In this document: piece by piece, positions 1 through 7,843 of the stretch
Numbering within the stretch: position 1 is the stretch's first letter
Layout of the letters: each line of letters starts with the position of its first letter
Made by a program: the position numbers and the translations under genes
Notes under the pieces: generated by a model
The model's input: only the letters and a program-made list of their open reading frames with translations
What the model was told of the DNA's origin: nothing
The model's database searches: none
Virus record (IMG/VR): IMGVR_UViG_3300023095_000005
Span: 1-39,121 of that record
Source of the DNA: a virus
Lineage: Duplodnaviria; Caudoviricetes
Strand: one strand, 5' to 3'
Length of the DNA: 39,121 nt

Positions 1-19
1 CTCTTGCTACTAGGGTAGA
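1..19. repeat. terminal direct repeat / circular overlap (copy 1)
   Basis: CTCTTGCTACTAGGGTAGA at 1-19 is identical to 39103-39121; the HNH ORF continues in frame across the join. Confidence 0.95.
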
Positions 20-199
20 ACAATTACGATAAACACGCTTCCCATCTTCAATAACTGAAACACGTACATACCCTTTTGGATCAACATGACCTTTATATAT
101 AATCCGTGGGCCTTTGACGCGACCTAGATTGGATGCAAAATAACCATCACACCTTGGAATAGGCTTCCAAAGTTCGGTTTGGTTCTCTTTGGTCATCAT
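1..199 (-). CDS. NUMOD4-HNH endonuclease, N-terminal part (joins 38801-39102 across the circular junction; ~166 aa total)
   Basis: Manual translation MMTKENQTELWKPIPRCDGYFASNLGRVKG...YVRVSV...LVAR|AFHG; WKPIP..GY..SNLGRVK is the NUMOD4 signature; not in the ORF track. Confidence 0.85.
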   Translation of the reverse strand, partial: MMTKENQTELWKPIPRCDGYFASNLGRVKGPRIIYKGHVDPKGYVRVSVIEDGKRVYRNCSTLVAR

Positions 200-333
200 A
201 CACCCCAATCCTGATCGTTTAGTGTGTCCTGGCGCTTCACTTCCATCCAGACATTGTACATGCCATACGCAATGCCAATTGACATGCATAAGCCGAGGAT
301 GGTTATGGCTGTGTTGTAGATTGTGTCTAGCAT
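196..333 (-). CDS. small membrane protein (45 aa)
   Basis: Manual ORF MLDTIYNTAITILGLCMSIGIAYGMYNVW...; fills the gap, GGAG upstream, stop overlaps the next start. Confidence 0.6.
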   Translation of the reverse strand: MLDTIYNTAITILGLCMSIGIAYGMYNVWMEVKRQDTLNDQDWGV

Positions 334-334
334 G

Positions 335-616
335 TTATTTCTCCATCTGCTTCATTGTACCTTCGCAGGTCTTGTTGCTACCACACATAACCGGGGCATA
401 GTCGAGGACTTCGGTCAATGCTGCTACACGCAGCATCTGCGGTGTTTCTTCCTGCTGCATCATGGCTTCATATCGATCATGGAAATACCGGGATACCTTA
501 ATGTCACGGTCTGCAAGGAAGGGTTTCCAAGATACAATATCATAGGCTACTTGGATTGATCCGAGCAGGATAATGATGACAATGGCTTTCCAGTTGGTTT
601 TAGTTTTATCGGTCAT
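335..616 (-). CDS. hypothetical protein with N-terminal TM/signal
   Basis: ORF track; hydrophobic AIVIIILLG; ATGA overlap with upstream gene. Confidence 0.65.
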   Translation of the reverse strand: MTDKTKTNWKAIVIIILLGSIQVAYDIVSWKPFLADRDIKVSRYFHDRYEAMMQQEETPQMLRVAALTEVLDYAPVMCGSNKTCEGTMKQMEK

Positions 617-801
617 TTGGATGTTCTTTCATATTTAATACATGTATGAACTGGAACCATTATTTTACCAGCAGCAATCATTGATCTGGTGTATTCCGTA
701 CAAGACCATGCAGTATCATCTAATGTTATATTATTAACTTTTCTTTCATCACATGAAATGAGAAGAAGCGATATGGCTATGATTGTAAGATATTTAATCA
801 T
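613..801 (-). CDS. putative small lipoprotein
   Basis: MIKYLTIIAISLLLISC lipobox-like signal; operon-coupled. Confidence 0.6.
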   Translation of the reverse strand: MIKYLTIIAISLLLISCDERKVNNITLDDTAWSCTEYTRSMIAAGKIMVPVHTCIKYERTSK

Positions 802-986
802 TTCTGCACCTTCTTGAACTTGCCGTCTTTACCGCGTGGTGTCAGTTTGACGTATCCATGCTTGTCTAACAGTTGTTTCATTTCAAGTAACGCGGATTTC
901 CATTGGTTAAGTTCAAGATAAACCAAGTATAGAGCGATAACCAGAACAATAATCACCGCCATAAGCGCATAAGTTAAAGGTGTCAT
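798..986 (-). CDS. small membrane protein
   Basis: N-terminal TM, basic C-terminal PRGKDGKF; coupled by 4-bp overlaps. Confidence 0.65.
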   Translation of the reverse strand: MTPLTYALMAVIIVLVIALYLVYLELNQWKSALLEMKQLLDKHGYVKLTPRGKDGKFKKVQK

Positions 987-1165
987 AACGAAAACCCCGA
1001 TTTTGCTTCTTCCAGCGTGTCGAATGACTCTACCGGGTGGAAGTTATATTCTTGGAAAATATTATTATGATTTGTAATGCAATGCACTGAGTGCAGCACA
1101 CCATTAATCATGACCAATCGACCAAGTGGCTCTGAGTATAATACTTCTTGGATACGGGTAATCAT
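983..1165 (-). CDS. hypothetical protein
   Basis: ORF track; ATGA coupling on both sides. Confidence 0.6.
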   Translation of the reverse strand: MITRIQEVLYSEPLGRLVMINGVLHSVHCITNHNNIFQEYNFHPVESFDTLEEAKSGFSL

Positions 1166-1311
1166 AACGATTTCTCCAGTCTTTCTAAAGTATCAAGGAT
1201 ACGACACATAGCATTGGCATTATGCGTACGCAGCATTTCCTGATGGCATTGTTCAATCAGTCGCTTGGTGTGTTTGCGCTTGCGGTAGGCGATGATGAGG
1301 CGTTTTAGCAT
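1162..1311 (-). CDS. hypothetical protein (49 aa)
   Basis: Manual ORF MLKRLIIAYRKRKHTKRLIEQCHQEMLR...; fills the gap with overlaps at both ends. Confidence 0.55.
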   Translation of the reverse strand: MLKRLIIAYRKRKHTKRLIEQCHQEMLRTHNANAMCRILDTLERLEKSL

Positions 1312-1550
1312 GACAAATCCCCCAGATAAGTATCAATCGCGTCAAAAATATCTTTGTAATGGCTATCTTTAAGTTTGGTCATCTTTGGATAGTTAAAGCT
1401 GCGTTTCTTATCATACCGGCCACCCATGTAAATTGTTTCGTCTAACATGACTTCCATATGTGAAATGTAATCTTTTGATCCACGAAAATCGATAACCAGC
1501 TTGTGACTGGCAATCTCCGTGTTTAAGGTGTGTTCAATTGAATGATGCAT
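1305..1550 (-). CDS. hypothetical early protein
   Basis: ORF track 1305-1610; start reassigned to ATG 1550 (MHHSIEH), after a GAGGAG RBS and the promoter. Confidence 0.65.
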   Translation of the reverse strand: MHHSIEHTLNTEIASHKLVIDFRGSKDYISHMEVMLDETIYMGGRYDKKRSFNYPKMTKLKDSHYKDIFDAIDTYLGDLSC

Positions 1551-1578
1551 TTGTATCTCCTCGTTTGTTGGTATCCTT

Positions 1579-1607
1579 AGTATGCACACACTATGCGAGT
1601 CTGTCAA
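1579..1607 (-). promoter_or_regulatory. sigma70-like early promoter
   Basis: TTGACA-17 bp-CATACT on the minus strand, followed by GAGGAG and ATG. Confidence 0.75.
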
Positions 1608-1618
1608 CAAGAAAAGAG

Positions 1619-1822
1619 TTAATTTTCTATTTTTATTCTTTCAATCTGGCAATACTTCGTTCCATCGGCTTTTGTCTTAATATTAAGATTAAATTTACCT
1701 TCAAAATGCTTATTGGCATGTTCTCTGGAACCTTTCAACCCTTGGTAATTCTCAAACGGATACCGTTTAGGCTTGTTGTAGGGCATATCGCGCAGGTTGT
1801 AGTAGGTGAGTCGTTTGGTCAT
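1619..1822 (-). CDS. small basic putative nucleic-acid-binding protein
   Basis: Lys/Arg-rich 67 aa; layout resembles 36298-36519. Confidence 0.55.
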   Translation of the reverse strand: MTKRLTYYNLRDMPYNKPKRYPFENYQGLKGSREHANKHFEGKFNLNIKTKADGTKYCQIERIKIEN

Positions 1823-1986
1823 TTGATTTTTCTCTCTTTCAGCTCAATAACTTTATCTAATGATTCAGTAATCATATCTTTAACAAATTTGTCATTAAAT
1901 ATGTCTTGTATAGTTCCCAATATCATAGAACTTACAAAAGTTTGTATTATTAAGATAACCTCATCTTTTGTGAATTTATTATCCAT
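1819..1986 (-). CDS. hypothetical protein
   Basis: ORF track 1819-2040; likely start MDNKFTK after GGGG RBS. Confidence 0.5.
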   Translation of the reverse strand: MDNKFTKDEVILIIQTFVSSMILGTIQDIFNDKFVKDMITESLDKVIELKERKIK

Positions 1987-1987
1987 C

Positions 1988-2296
1988 TCATTCCCCCTTG
2001 ATCGCAGCAAGCTTGTCTTGGTTCTTAGTAACAAATTCATTATATGAATCTTCTATTGCTGAACCCTCTATACAATCATAACAGTTATTGATTGTATCAA
2101 TTAAATCTATAACACAAGACAGAGGCACCATGACAGGTTCAGGCTCTGGAATAATACTACATGCTAATGTACGAAATATATCTTCATTAAGACCCTTTTT
2201 AAGGATATGGTGGTTATTATTAAATATACCAACAATTCTCTCTCTTACCGCCACCCGCTGCTCTTTCGTCAGGCTTGCTAATACGTCTTTGGTCAT
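1988..2296 (-). CDS. hypothetical protein
   Basis: ORF track; directly follows the upstream stop. Confidence 0.65.
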   Translation of the reverse strand: MTKDVLASLTKEQRVAVRERIVGIFNNNHHILKKGLNEDIFRTLACSIIPEPEPVMVPLSCVIDLIDTINNCYDCIEGSAIEDSYNEFVTKNQDKLAAIKGE

Positions 2297-2593
2297 TTAC
2301 TCACTCCCATCGGCTGGCGGTTTGTAGGCTGCGATCATGGCGCTATAAGCTAATTCAAAACTTCCACTTCCTGTGCTTTCAGAATCTGTATTGATAGTAT
2401 CAACAAATGCTAAAAACATGGGCTTCGTTGCCTCCCGTGAAATCGTCACAAACCGCTCGTCAAGGGCGTTGGCGATGAGGGTGCGGATGGTTTCAATATG
2501 ACCTTGTAGTTGATCTTCCATCTCAAATGTATTCTCGATATTTGACCATTCCAAAGCACTCATTAAATCCCATTTGCTAATCTGCTTCATCAC
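2297..2593 (-). CDS. mosaic early protein (P22 Eaa/Ead-like C-terminal module)
   Basis: VTISREATKPM...YSAMIAA module; start GTG/ATG 2593/2590 after GGAG and the promoter. Confidence 0.6.
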   Translation of the reverse strand: MMKQISKWDLMSALEWSNIENTFEMEDQLQGHIETIRTLIANALDERFVTISREATKPMFLAFVDTINTDSESTGSGSFELAYSAMIAAYKPPADGSE

Positions 2594-2612
2594 AATCTCC
2601 CTGTTAGCACAC

Positions 2613-2641
2613 AGTATGCACCCTTTATGGGTGGTTGTCAA
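2613..2641 (-). promoter_or_regulatory. sigma70-like early promoter
   Basis: TTGACA-17 bp-CATACT; shares GTGCATACT with the 1579-1607 promoter. Confidence 0.75.
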
Positions 2642-2778
2642 GTATTCTGTCTACAATGATCTTCAAATTCTTTGATTGTCATTGATTGAAGTTCAGGCAT
2701 TAAAATATACATATCTCTATTCTTACAATAATACCAAGAACCATTTTTATCTTTTTCAACAAATACAAATGTTAACAT
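2638..2778 (-). CDS. hypothetical protein (46 aa)
   Basis: Manual ORF MLTFVFVEKDKNGSWYYCKNRDMYILMP...; TGATG coupling; GAGG upstream. Confidence 0.5.
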   Translation of the reverse strand: MLTFVFVEKDKNGSWYYCKNRDMYILMPELQSMTIKEFEDHCRQNT

Positions 2779-3074
2779 CACATTCCTCGCGGGGTTGGGG
2801 TTGTTAGCCTATGTGGTGCATTATCCTGTAACCATCTATGACCTAATAAAGCCATCATAGAAGCTTGATCTTCATTAATTGGCATAGGAACAGATTCACC
2901 ATCTCGATATATACTTTGCTCTACATATAATGCATTCAAATGATCATATAAAATCGCTAATAAATCCTTTCTTTTTCCTTCAGATTCGCTCCATATTTCT
3001 TTAATTAGATATAAAAATGTACCTTCTTTTGGTTCGCCCATACCAACGGCTTTTCTATCATCTATAATATCCAT
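2778..3074 (-). CDS. hypothetical protein
   Basis: ORF track; GGAG RBS. Confidence 0.65.
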   Translation of the reverse strand: MDIIDDRKAVGMGEPKEGTFLYLIKEIWSESEGKRKDLLAILYDHLNALYVEQSIYRDGESVPMPINEDQASMMALLGHRWLQDNAPHRLTTPTPRGM

Positions 3075-3077
3075 CTC

Positions 3078-3425
3078 TCACTCCGTTCCTATGCGCACGA
3101 TGATGCGTGGGTTTAACTTATCGGCCTTTGCCATGTCGATTGTAATGGGTCTGAAATGCTTGTCATTCGTCCCCAGTGCCTTTGAAATACCATCTAATGC
3201 CGCTTTGCAACTGCTAAGCATATTGTCTATATCCCCGGCATTGCGAGGAGGTATAAAGAGCAAGTCCAATGCAATGTCCTGCATAGGAAGCGTAACACCT
3301 GTTTGCTTTGCGATCATGTAACATGCGTCCTTGTAATCGTTCTTTATCTTGACTTTAGCCATATAATGCTTTCTTGCATTAGGGCTTAGGTCACGGGGAG
3401 GCCATGGGATTGTTAATTGGATCAA
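3078..3425 (-). CDS. rusA: RusA-like Holliday junction resolvase
   Basis: IPWPP..LSPN, F.PP, GDIDN...K...D.....NDK acidic catalytic pattern of RusA. Confidence 0.8.
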   Translation of the reverse strand: MIQLTIPWPPRDLSPNARKHYMAKVKIKNDYKDACYMIAKQTGVTLPMQDIALDLLFIPPRNAGDIDNMLSSCKAALDGISKALGTNDKHFRPITIDMAKADKLNPRIIVRIGTE

Positions 3426-3604
3426 TTCTTTGTGCTCCCCTTACCAATAGGAACCTCTGTATCTCCAGTTACAACATCATGACCATTAAAGGATTTCTCT
3501 GCCAGATTACACAGATCATCACGTGTTTTTGTGTCACCTTTAAGGATCGCTTGAAAAGCAGCACGTAAGCAATCATCTACTGTCAGTTTAGTTTTTTCAC
3601 TCAT
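3422..3604 (-). CDS. hypothetical protein
   Basis: ORF track; GGGGGAG RBS. Confidence 0.6.
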   Translation of the reverse strand: MSEKTKLTVDDCLRAAFQAILKGDTKTRDDLCNLAEKSFNGHDVVTGDTEVPIGKGSTKN

Positions 3605-3605
3605 A

Positions 3606-3833
3606 TCACTCCCCCTTCTCTGTCAGGGCTTGGTAGCGGGATAAAAGTTCATCAATCTTGATAGATAATTCAATCACATTAGCTATCTTACCATAATGGT
3701 AAACCTTCAAAGCCTCCACCAGATCATCAGCGATGGACTTGCGGATGTATGGTGTAGAATCATCATTATAATAAGATTTTTCCCATTCGTTAGCAGAGTA
3801 AGCATAAATCACATCAGGCATGTCGTTGCTCAT
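3606..3833 (-). CDS. hypothetical mosaic early protein
   Basis: MPDVIYA...YIRKSIAD module; coupled. Confidence 0.65.
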   Translation of the reverse strand: MSNDMPDVIYAYSANEWEKSYYNDDSTPYIRKSIADDLVEALKVYHYGKIANVIELSIKIDELLSRYQALTEKGE

Positions 3834-4132
3834 TGAATTTCTCCAGTTTCGACAAATTTGTTAAGATAAGGCAATAATATCTTTACCTGATCACGTGTTA
3901 AGTGCATACGACCTGATGTGAATGTTTCAGGATGTAAAGGATGATCAACCCATCCATTAGGTTTTCCACCATTAATATGATATGACATCAATCTAGGAAC
4001 CGGTTTATTTATTCCTAACCATATCTTATAGTCTTCAGCAGACGATGATATTTGCAAACTACATTCTTCGCCATAGTCGTCTGTAAACTCGAATCTATCA
4101 AAACCACGTTCGGTTTGTTCTATATCACTCAT
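3830..4132 (-). CDS. conserved phage hypothetical protein
   Basis: RGF..F.DDYGEECSLQISS...IWLG...RMHLTRDQV, a pattern I recall from phage hypotheticals. Confidence 0.7.
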   Translation of the reverse strand: MSDIEQTERGFDRFEFTDDYGEECSLQISSSAEDYKIWLGINKPVPRLMSYHINGGKPNGWVDHPLHPETFTSGRMHLTRDQVKILLPYLNKFVETGEIQ

Positions 4133-4295
4133 TACTCCCGCCTTTCTTGCGCTGTTGAATCATATAATCAGCGTATTGATATGAGAGTTCTGCTACATAA
4201 TCATCCCATCTAGCGCCACCACTGGATATTAAACCCTGCAATGCCATGGCTGCAAAATAATCTCTCAAAGTCAGTTCTGTTGGCATATCACTCAT
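4125..4295 (-). CDS. conserved phage small protein (TLRDYFAA.ALQG type, 56 aa)
   Basis: Manual ORF MSDMPTELTLRDYFAAMALQGLISS...AELSYQYADYMIQQR; below the ORF-track cutoff. Confidence 0.75.
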   Translation of the reverse strand: MSDMPTELTLRDYFAAMALQGLISSGGARWDDYVAELSYQYADYMIQQRKKGGSNE

Positions 4296-4329
4296 CCCTC
4301 AATCTCCCCGTGTTTCGGTGTGGTTATCA

Positions 4330-4542
4330 TTATGCTGATCCATACTTAAATGAGATAAAGCATTCTTCACTTTCAGACCAAAAAAATCCCAATCTATCAA
4401 GTTCTATTTTATCATTTTCCGAAACATCGGATTTATCAATATCCATGATTGATAATTGATCATGTGAACAATTCGTAGGATAATCAGAATTCTTATACTT
4501 CAAAAAGATTTGCAATGCTTTAATTAAGTCTTCCATCATCAT
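4330..4542 (-). CDS. conserved phage hypothetical protein
   Basis: DLIKALQIFLKY...PTNCSHD...LGF...SFKYGSA; GAGGAG RBS. Confidence 0.7.
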   Translation of the reverse strand: MMMEDLIKALQIFLKYKNSDYPTNCSHDQLSIMDIDKSDVSENDKIELDRLGFFWSESEECFISFKYGSA

Positions 4543-4583
4543 CTCCTCATTGTGTCAAAGCTCCCGCCGGAGCGGGAATGGGG

Positions 4584-4796
4584 TTAGTCTAATTCTTCAT
4601 TTGATCCAAGATCATCTAATGAATCCCAAATCATGATGTTCGCTTCATCGAATGAATATCCTAGAACTATTAAGGCGGTTGCTACCGGACCATATCCATC
4701 AGCACCTTGGTCAGCTTCTTTTGCCAACCCACTTTCGGCTAAATCTTCGATCAATGTCATTAAAGCATCTTTATACTTATCGTCACTCATCACCAT
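4584..4796 (-). CDS. acidic hypothetical protein
   Basis: ORF track 4584-4817; start likely 4796 or 4790 after GGAG. Confidence 0.6.
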   Translation of the reverse strand: MVMSDDKYKDALMTLIEDLAESGLAKEADQGADGYGPVATALIVLGYSFDEANIMIWDSLDDLGSNEELD

Positions 4797-4843
4797 CTCT
4801 CCATCAGTTAAATCCACAGCCGCAGGATTGCGGGGGTTATTAG

Positions 4844-6022
4844 TTAATCTTTGTAAGGATCAAATTCATCGCCACCAGCCATAACGACAACAATAGGTGT
4901 TAAGCGTGTTTCAATGGCTACGCTGTCAGTGTGATATGCTAAAACCTCATCAAGCTTCTTGTAACACAATGGCGATTCATCAGCGCCAGCACCAAACAAG
5001 TGAACCTGATTATCCTTAGCGTTAACGCGCATCTGGTTTTCATCGACAAGACCAGGCGCAACCTTCACACGTTTGTCACCCCATCCCTTGAACTTACCAG
5101 CGGCCTGTGTGCGCGACATGATACGTCCGGCACCATGTACAGTTGAGTAAAGGTTTTCTTTAGCCTGTGGCGTGTCTAAACCACGAACAATGACACTTTG
5201 GTCAAGCATGTTGGATCCAATAAAGCTGCGCTGATCTGGAAATGCTGGAGTGGAACCCTTACGTACAACAAAATACTTGTCACCGTCATGTTCTTCGATC
5301 CATGCAAAATTGTGGTGATTGTGAACCATATCTAGGCGCTCTGTACTTCCCTGAATAATACGGCTCACTTCATCACACACCCATTCACGGCCAGCATAGG
5401 CATACTTACCACCTAATTGCATGGCTTCAAAATAGGATTGTCCAATGTCCGAATCCATATCCACAAGGCAGGGATCTGCATTCATATCGTCCTTGGCACC
5501 TAGTTTCTTTAAAAAGTGTGTTGTTGCCTTGTGACCTAATCCACGGCTTCCAAAGTGAACACCAATCCAGACGAAATCCTGATCATCTTTAAATACATCA
5601 ACATAATGGTTCCCACTGCCAACTGTACCAAGCTGGGCGTGTGCCATTTCTTTCAAGCCAATCAATGCCTCGTTTTTCCAGTTAGCATCTGTATCAAGGA
5701 ACTCACCCTCTAGACGTGTGTTGTTAATACGACCAACACCAAAAGAAATATTCTTTTGAATCTGTTGTCCTATTGCATGCCAGTCTTTGATTTCAGATGC
5801 TTTCACAGGTAATTGAATAGCCATGTTGCCACAAGCAATATCGAACCCAACACCAGAGATGCTGATCTTATCTTTGTAAGCAGCTACACCACCAATCGGA
5901 TGGCCATAACCTAAGTGACCATCAGCGCACAGGATCATCTTGGATGCACCTTTATCAAGTACATTTTGAGCTTGTTTAATCGTGTTCTCTTCGTGTTTTC
6001 CAATAATTTTAAGCATCATCAA
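4844..6022 (-). CDS. rtcB: RtcB-family RNA ligase (joins 2',3'-cyclic or 3'-phosphate ends to 5'-OH)
   Basis: ADGHLGYGHPIGGV, VGFDIACG, GTVGSGNHY, VHFGSRG, HNHHN, RKGSTPA, HGAGR and DESP.CYK motifs all present. Confidence 0.95.
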   Translation of the reverse strand: MMMLKIIGKHEENTIKQAQNVLDKGASKMILCADGHLGYGHPIGGVAAYKDKISISGVGFDIACGNMAIQLPVKASEIKDWHAIGQQIQKNISFGVGRINNTRLEGEFLDTDANWKNEALIGLKEMAHAQLGTVGSGNHYVDVFKDDQDFVWIGVHFGSRGLGHKATTHFLKKLGAKDDMNADPCLVDMDSDIGQSYFEAMQLGGKYAYAGREWVCDEVSRIIQGSTERLDMVHNHHNFAWIEEHDGDKYFVVRKGSTPAFPDQRSFIGSNMLDQSVIVRGLDTPQAKENLYSTVHGAGRIMSRTQAAGKFKGWGDKRVKVAPGLVDENQMRVNAKDNQVHLFGAGADESPLCYKKLDEVLAYHTDSVAIETRLTPIVVVMAGGDEFDPYKD

Positions 6023-6043
6023 TCTCCTCGTGTGTTAGAAAGT

Positions 6044-6068
6044 CACAGCCGCCGGGGTGACGGCTGTG
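6044..6068 (-). terminator. stem-loop after the SSB gene (terminator or processing site)
   Basis: CACAGCCG-9 nt-CGGCTGTG followed by CTTTCT on the minus strand. Confidence 0.5.
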
Positions 6069-6077
6069 GTGTTGAAT

Positions 6078-6632
6078 TTAAAACTCGCTGACAGAAGATG
6101 TTGTTGCAGCTTGTGGCGCAGGCGTTGAAGACTGTGTCTCTGCATCGAACTCAGCCGGACGGTCAACCCACTTCTCAATCTTAAAGATCGGGCGATAGTT
6201 CGTTCCCATTTTGTCTTTCATTGGTGTGGTTCCAGTGCAAGCAACAACAGGAAGCTGACCGGGCTTGCGATCTTTCTCATATTGCTCATACAATTCATTA
6301 ATGGCATTGGAAAGGTGCATGGAAGCACCGTTCAATTCAACAACGCCGCCGAACTGGTTCTTGCTAAACAATTGAACAGCAAAACCACGTTTATGCTTGT
6401 CAGATGGCTTTGGTGCAGGGTTCTGCAGGTCAGGGTCAAGTGTGATAGATGGTGCTTGGCCTTCCATGAACATGAACCAGCCTGTCTTGATGTTGTCAAA
6501 ATCAGCAACAAACACCGGGTTTGTCACTTCAACCTCAGCATCGTCTTTCTTGACATACCATCGGCCTGCCTTGCCGTTGTATTTCACGTAAGGGAGAAAA
6601 TCCCCTGAGCTTTGTGCAATGTTAAGTCCCAT
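6078..6632 (-). CDS. putative single-stranded DNA-binding protein
   Basis: Aromatic, beta-rich 184 aa with YRPIFKIEKWVDRP and a flexible tail ending SEF; adjacent to the exonuclease. Confidence 0.6.
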   Translation of the reverse strand: MGLNIAQSSGDFLPYVKYNGKAGRWYVKKDDAEVEVTNPVFVADFDNIKTGWFMFMEGQAPSITLDPDLQNPAPKPSDKHKRGFAVQLFSKNQFGGVVELNGASMHLSNAINELYEQYEKDRKPGQLPVVACTGTTPMKDKMGTNYRPIFKIEKWVDRPAEFDAETQSSTPAPQAATTSSVSEF

Positions 6633-6693
6633 AATGCGTTTTCCTTTAGCGGTTGCAACTAATCACCAGTTGCCAGTGTTGTAGGCAGAATGC

Positions 6694-7452
6694 CTAAACT
6701 CCAAACAATGCCACACGGTCAGCAATAGCTTCCGGTGTGTCATAGTAATAACTCTCACAATTGACCGGAACGATACCGGCCAATACATGCTTATCCTGAC
6801 TGATAGACAGGAATTTCTCCTGACGTACCAGATTGACCTTGACCTGTTTCATTACATCGGCCACATGTTCGCATTCCAGATAGCCAAGCTTCTTCGGTGT
6901 CACATACAGAAACTTCACATCATATCCTGTTGCCGTGGCATAGATGGCCGCTTGACGCTGGTGTGACATGCTCATCTCGGACGGGAATCGCAATGTGCTC
7001 TTCAGGTCAATAACAAGATTGTGCTGGGGATAAACTAGATCCATGTAGCCAATCACTGGCAGTTCCCATTCATCTGTCTTACAGTTCAATCGGATGGCTT
7101 GCTGGCCTTCTTCCGGGAATGTTGGGTCGCCGTATTGTTTTAACTCTTGCACCAGCAAGCGGACACTCGGATCAATCACAGCGCGTTCGGTTTCTTTCTT
7201 CTCGCTCACGCCAAGTCCCCCTGTGGTATTGTAAGTGCGGATTGTCTCTTTAATGGCATCATCCTCTGACATACCATTAGCCAGAATGTTGACCACAGCC
7301 CGTTCAATAGCCGTCCCACGCTCCATAGAGAAGTTGGAACGATACCGCTTACCGAACAGCTTGGTCATGACCCAAAAGCACGGGGATGCAATCCACGTAT
7401 TGATCTGGCTGGGGCTGGTGTGGGCGATGCCGTGGTTGGTGAAGCCGTTCAT
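6694..7452 (-). CDS. PD-(D/E)XK exonuclease (RecB/Cas4-like)
   Basis: SPSQIN, RGTAIE, GYMDL, VIDLKST, Q..IY motifs. Confidence 0.85.
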   Translation of the reverse strand: MNGFTNHGIAHTSPSQINTWIASPCFWVMTKLFGKRYRSNFSMERGTAIERAVVNILANGMSEDDAIKETIRTYNTTGGLGVSEKKETERAVIDPSVRLLVQELKQYGDPTFPEEGQQAIRLNCKTDEWELPVIGYMDLVYPQHNLVIDLKSTLRFPSEMSMSHQRQAAIYATATGYDVKFLYVTPKKLGYLECEHVADVMKQVKVNLVRQEKFLSISQDKHVLAGIVPVNCESYYYDTPEAIADRVALFGV

Positions 7453-7664
7453 AATGTATCACCTGATAACGCTTCTGATATATCCTTACTAATTTCAGGA
7501 AGTTTTCTATGTAAAAAACGTACCAATCTTAAAGTATCAGAAAGATCGAAACGAGCAGAGTGACTGTCCCCAAAATCTATAACAAAGTCACAATCATCTA
7601 AATCATATGTAACATATGAATCGCTAATAATGTCTTCTGCCTTTTTGTCATATATAGAACCCAT
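7449..7664 (-). CDS. hypothetical protein
   Basis: ORF track; coupled at both ends. Confidence 0.6.
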   Translation of the reverse strand: MGSIYDKKAEDIISDSYVTYDLDDCDFVIDFGDSHSARFDLSDTLRLVRFLHRKLPEISKDISEALSGDTL

Positions 7665-7819
7665 TATACATTCTCCGAGGTGCTAACTGCTGCTTTGATT
7701 AAAAAACGCAAAAACTCTGTATTGCTACGAATCCCGCTTTTCTCTTTGGCAACTTCAAACTCTTTGACCAAATCACCTTCTAACATGACGTTCAGGTAAA
7801 GTGTGGTTTCTGTTGTCAT
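7664..7819 (-). CDS. ribbon-helix-helix (CopG/Arc-like) regulator, 51 aa
   Basis: Manual ORF MTTETTLYLNVMLEGDLVKEFEVAKEKSGIRSNTEFLRFLIKAAV; strand-helix-G-S.TE.LR-helix pattern; first gene of the early arm. Confidence 0.65.
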   Translation of the reverse strand: MTTETTLYLNVMLEGDLVKEFEVAKEKSGIRSNTEFLRFLIKAAVSTSENV

Positions 7820-7843
7820 TATGTTGATCCTTATAAAATTCTA

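Noticed and set aside
1-19. 19-bp end repeat as an att site or physical terminal repeat
   Set aside because: It lies inside an intact ORF and there is no integrase, so an assembly overlap of a circular contig is more likely
6694-7452. Cas4 of a CRISPR system
   Set aside because: No four-Cys Fe-S cluster pattern; context next to SSB fits a phage recombination nuclease
189-7492. Plus-strand ORFs in the early arm (e.g. 1538-2047, 6282-6608) and similar nested or antisense ORFs in the late arm
   Set aside because: Shadows of a fully tiled, RBS-supported gene set on the other strand or frame; no recognisable motifs
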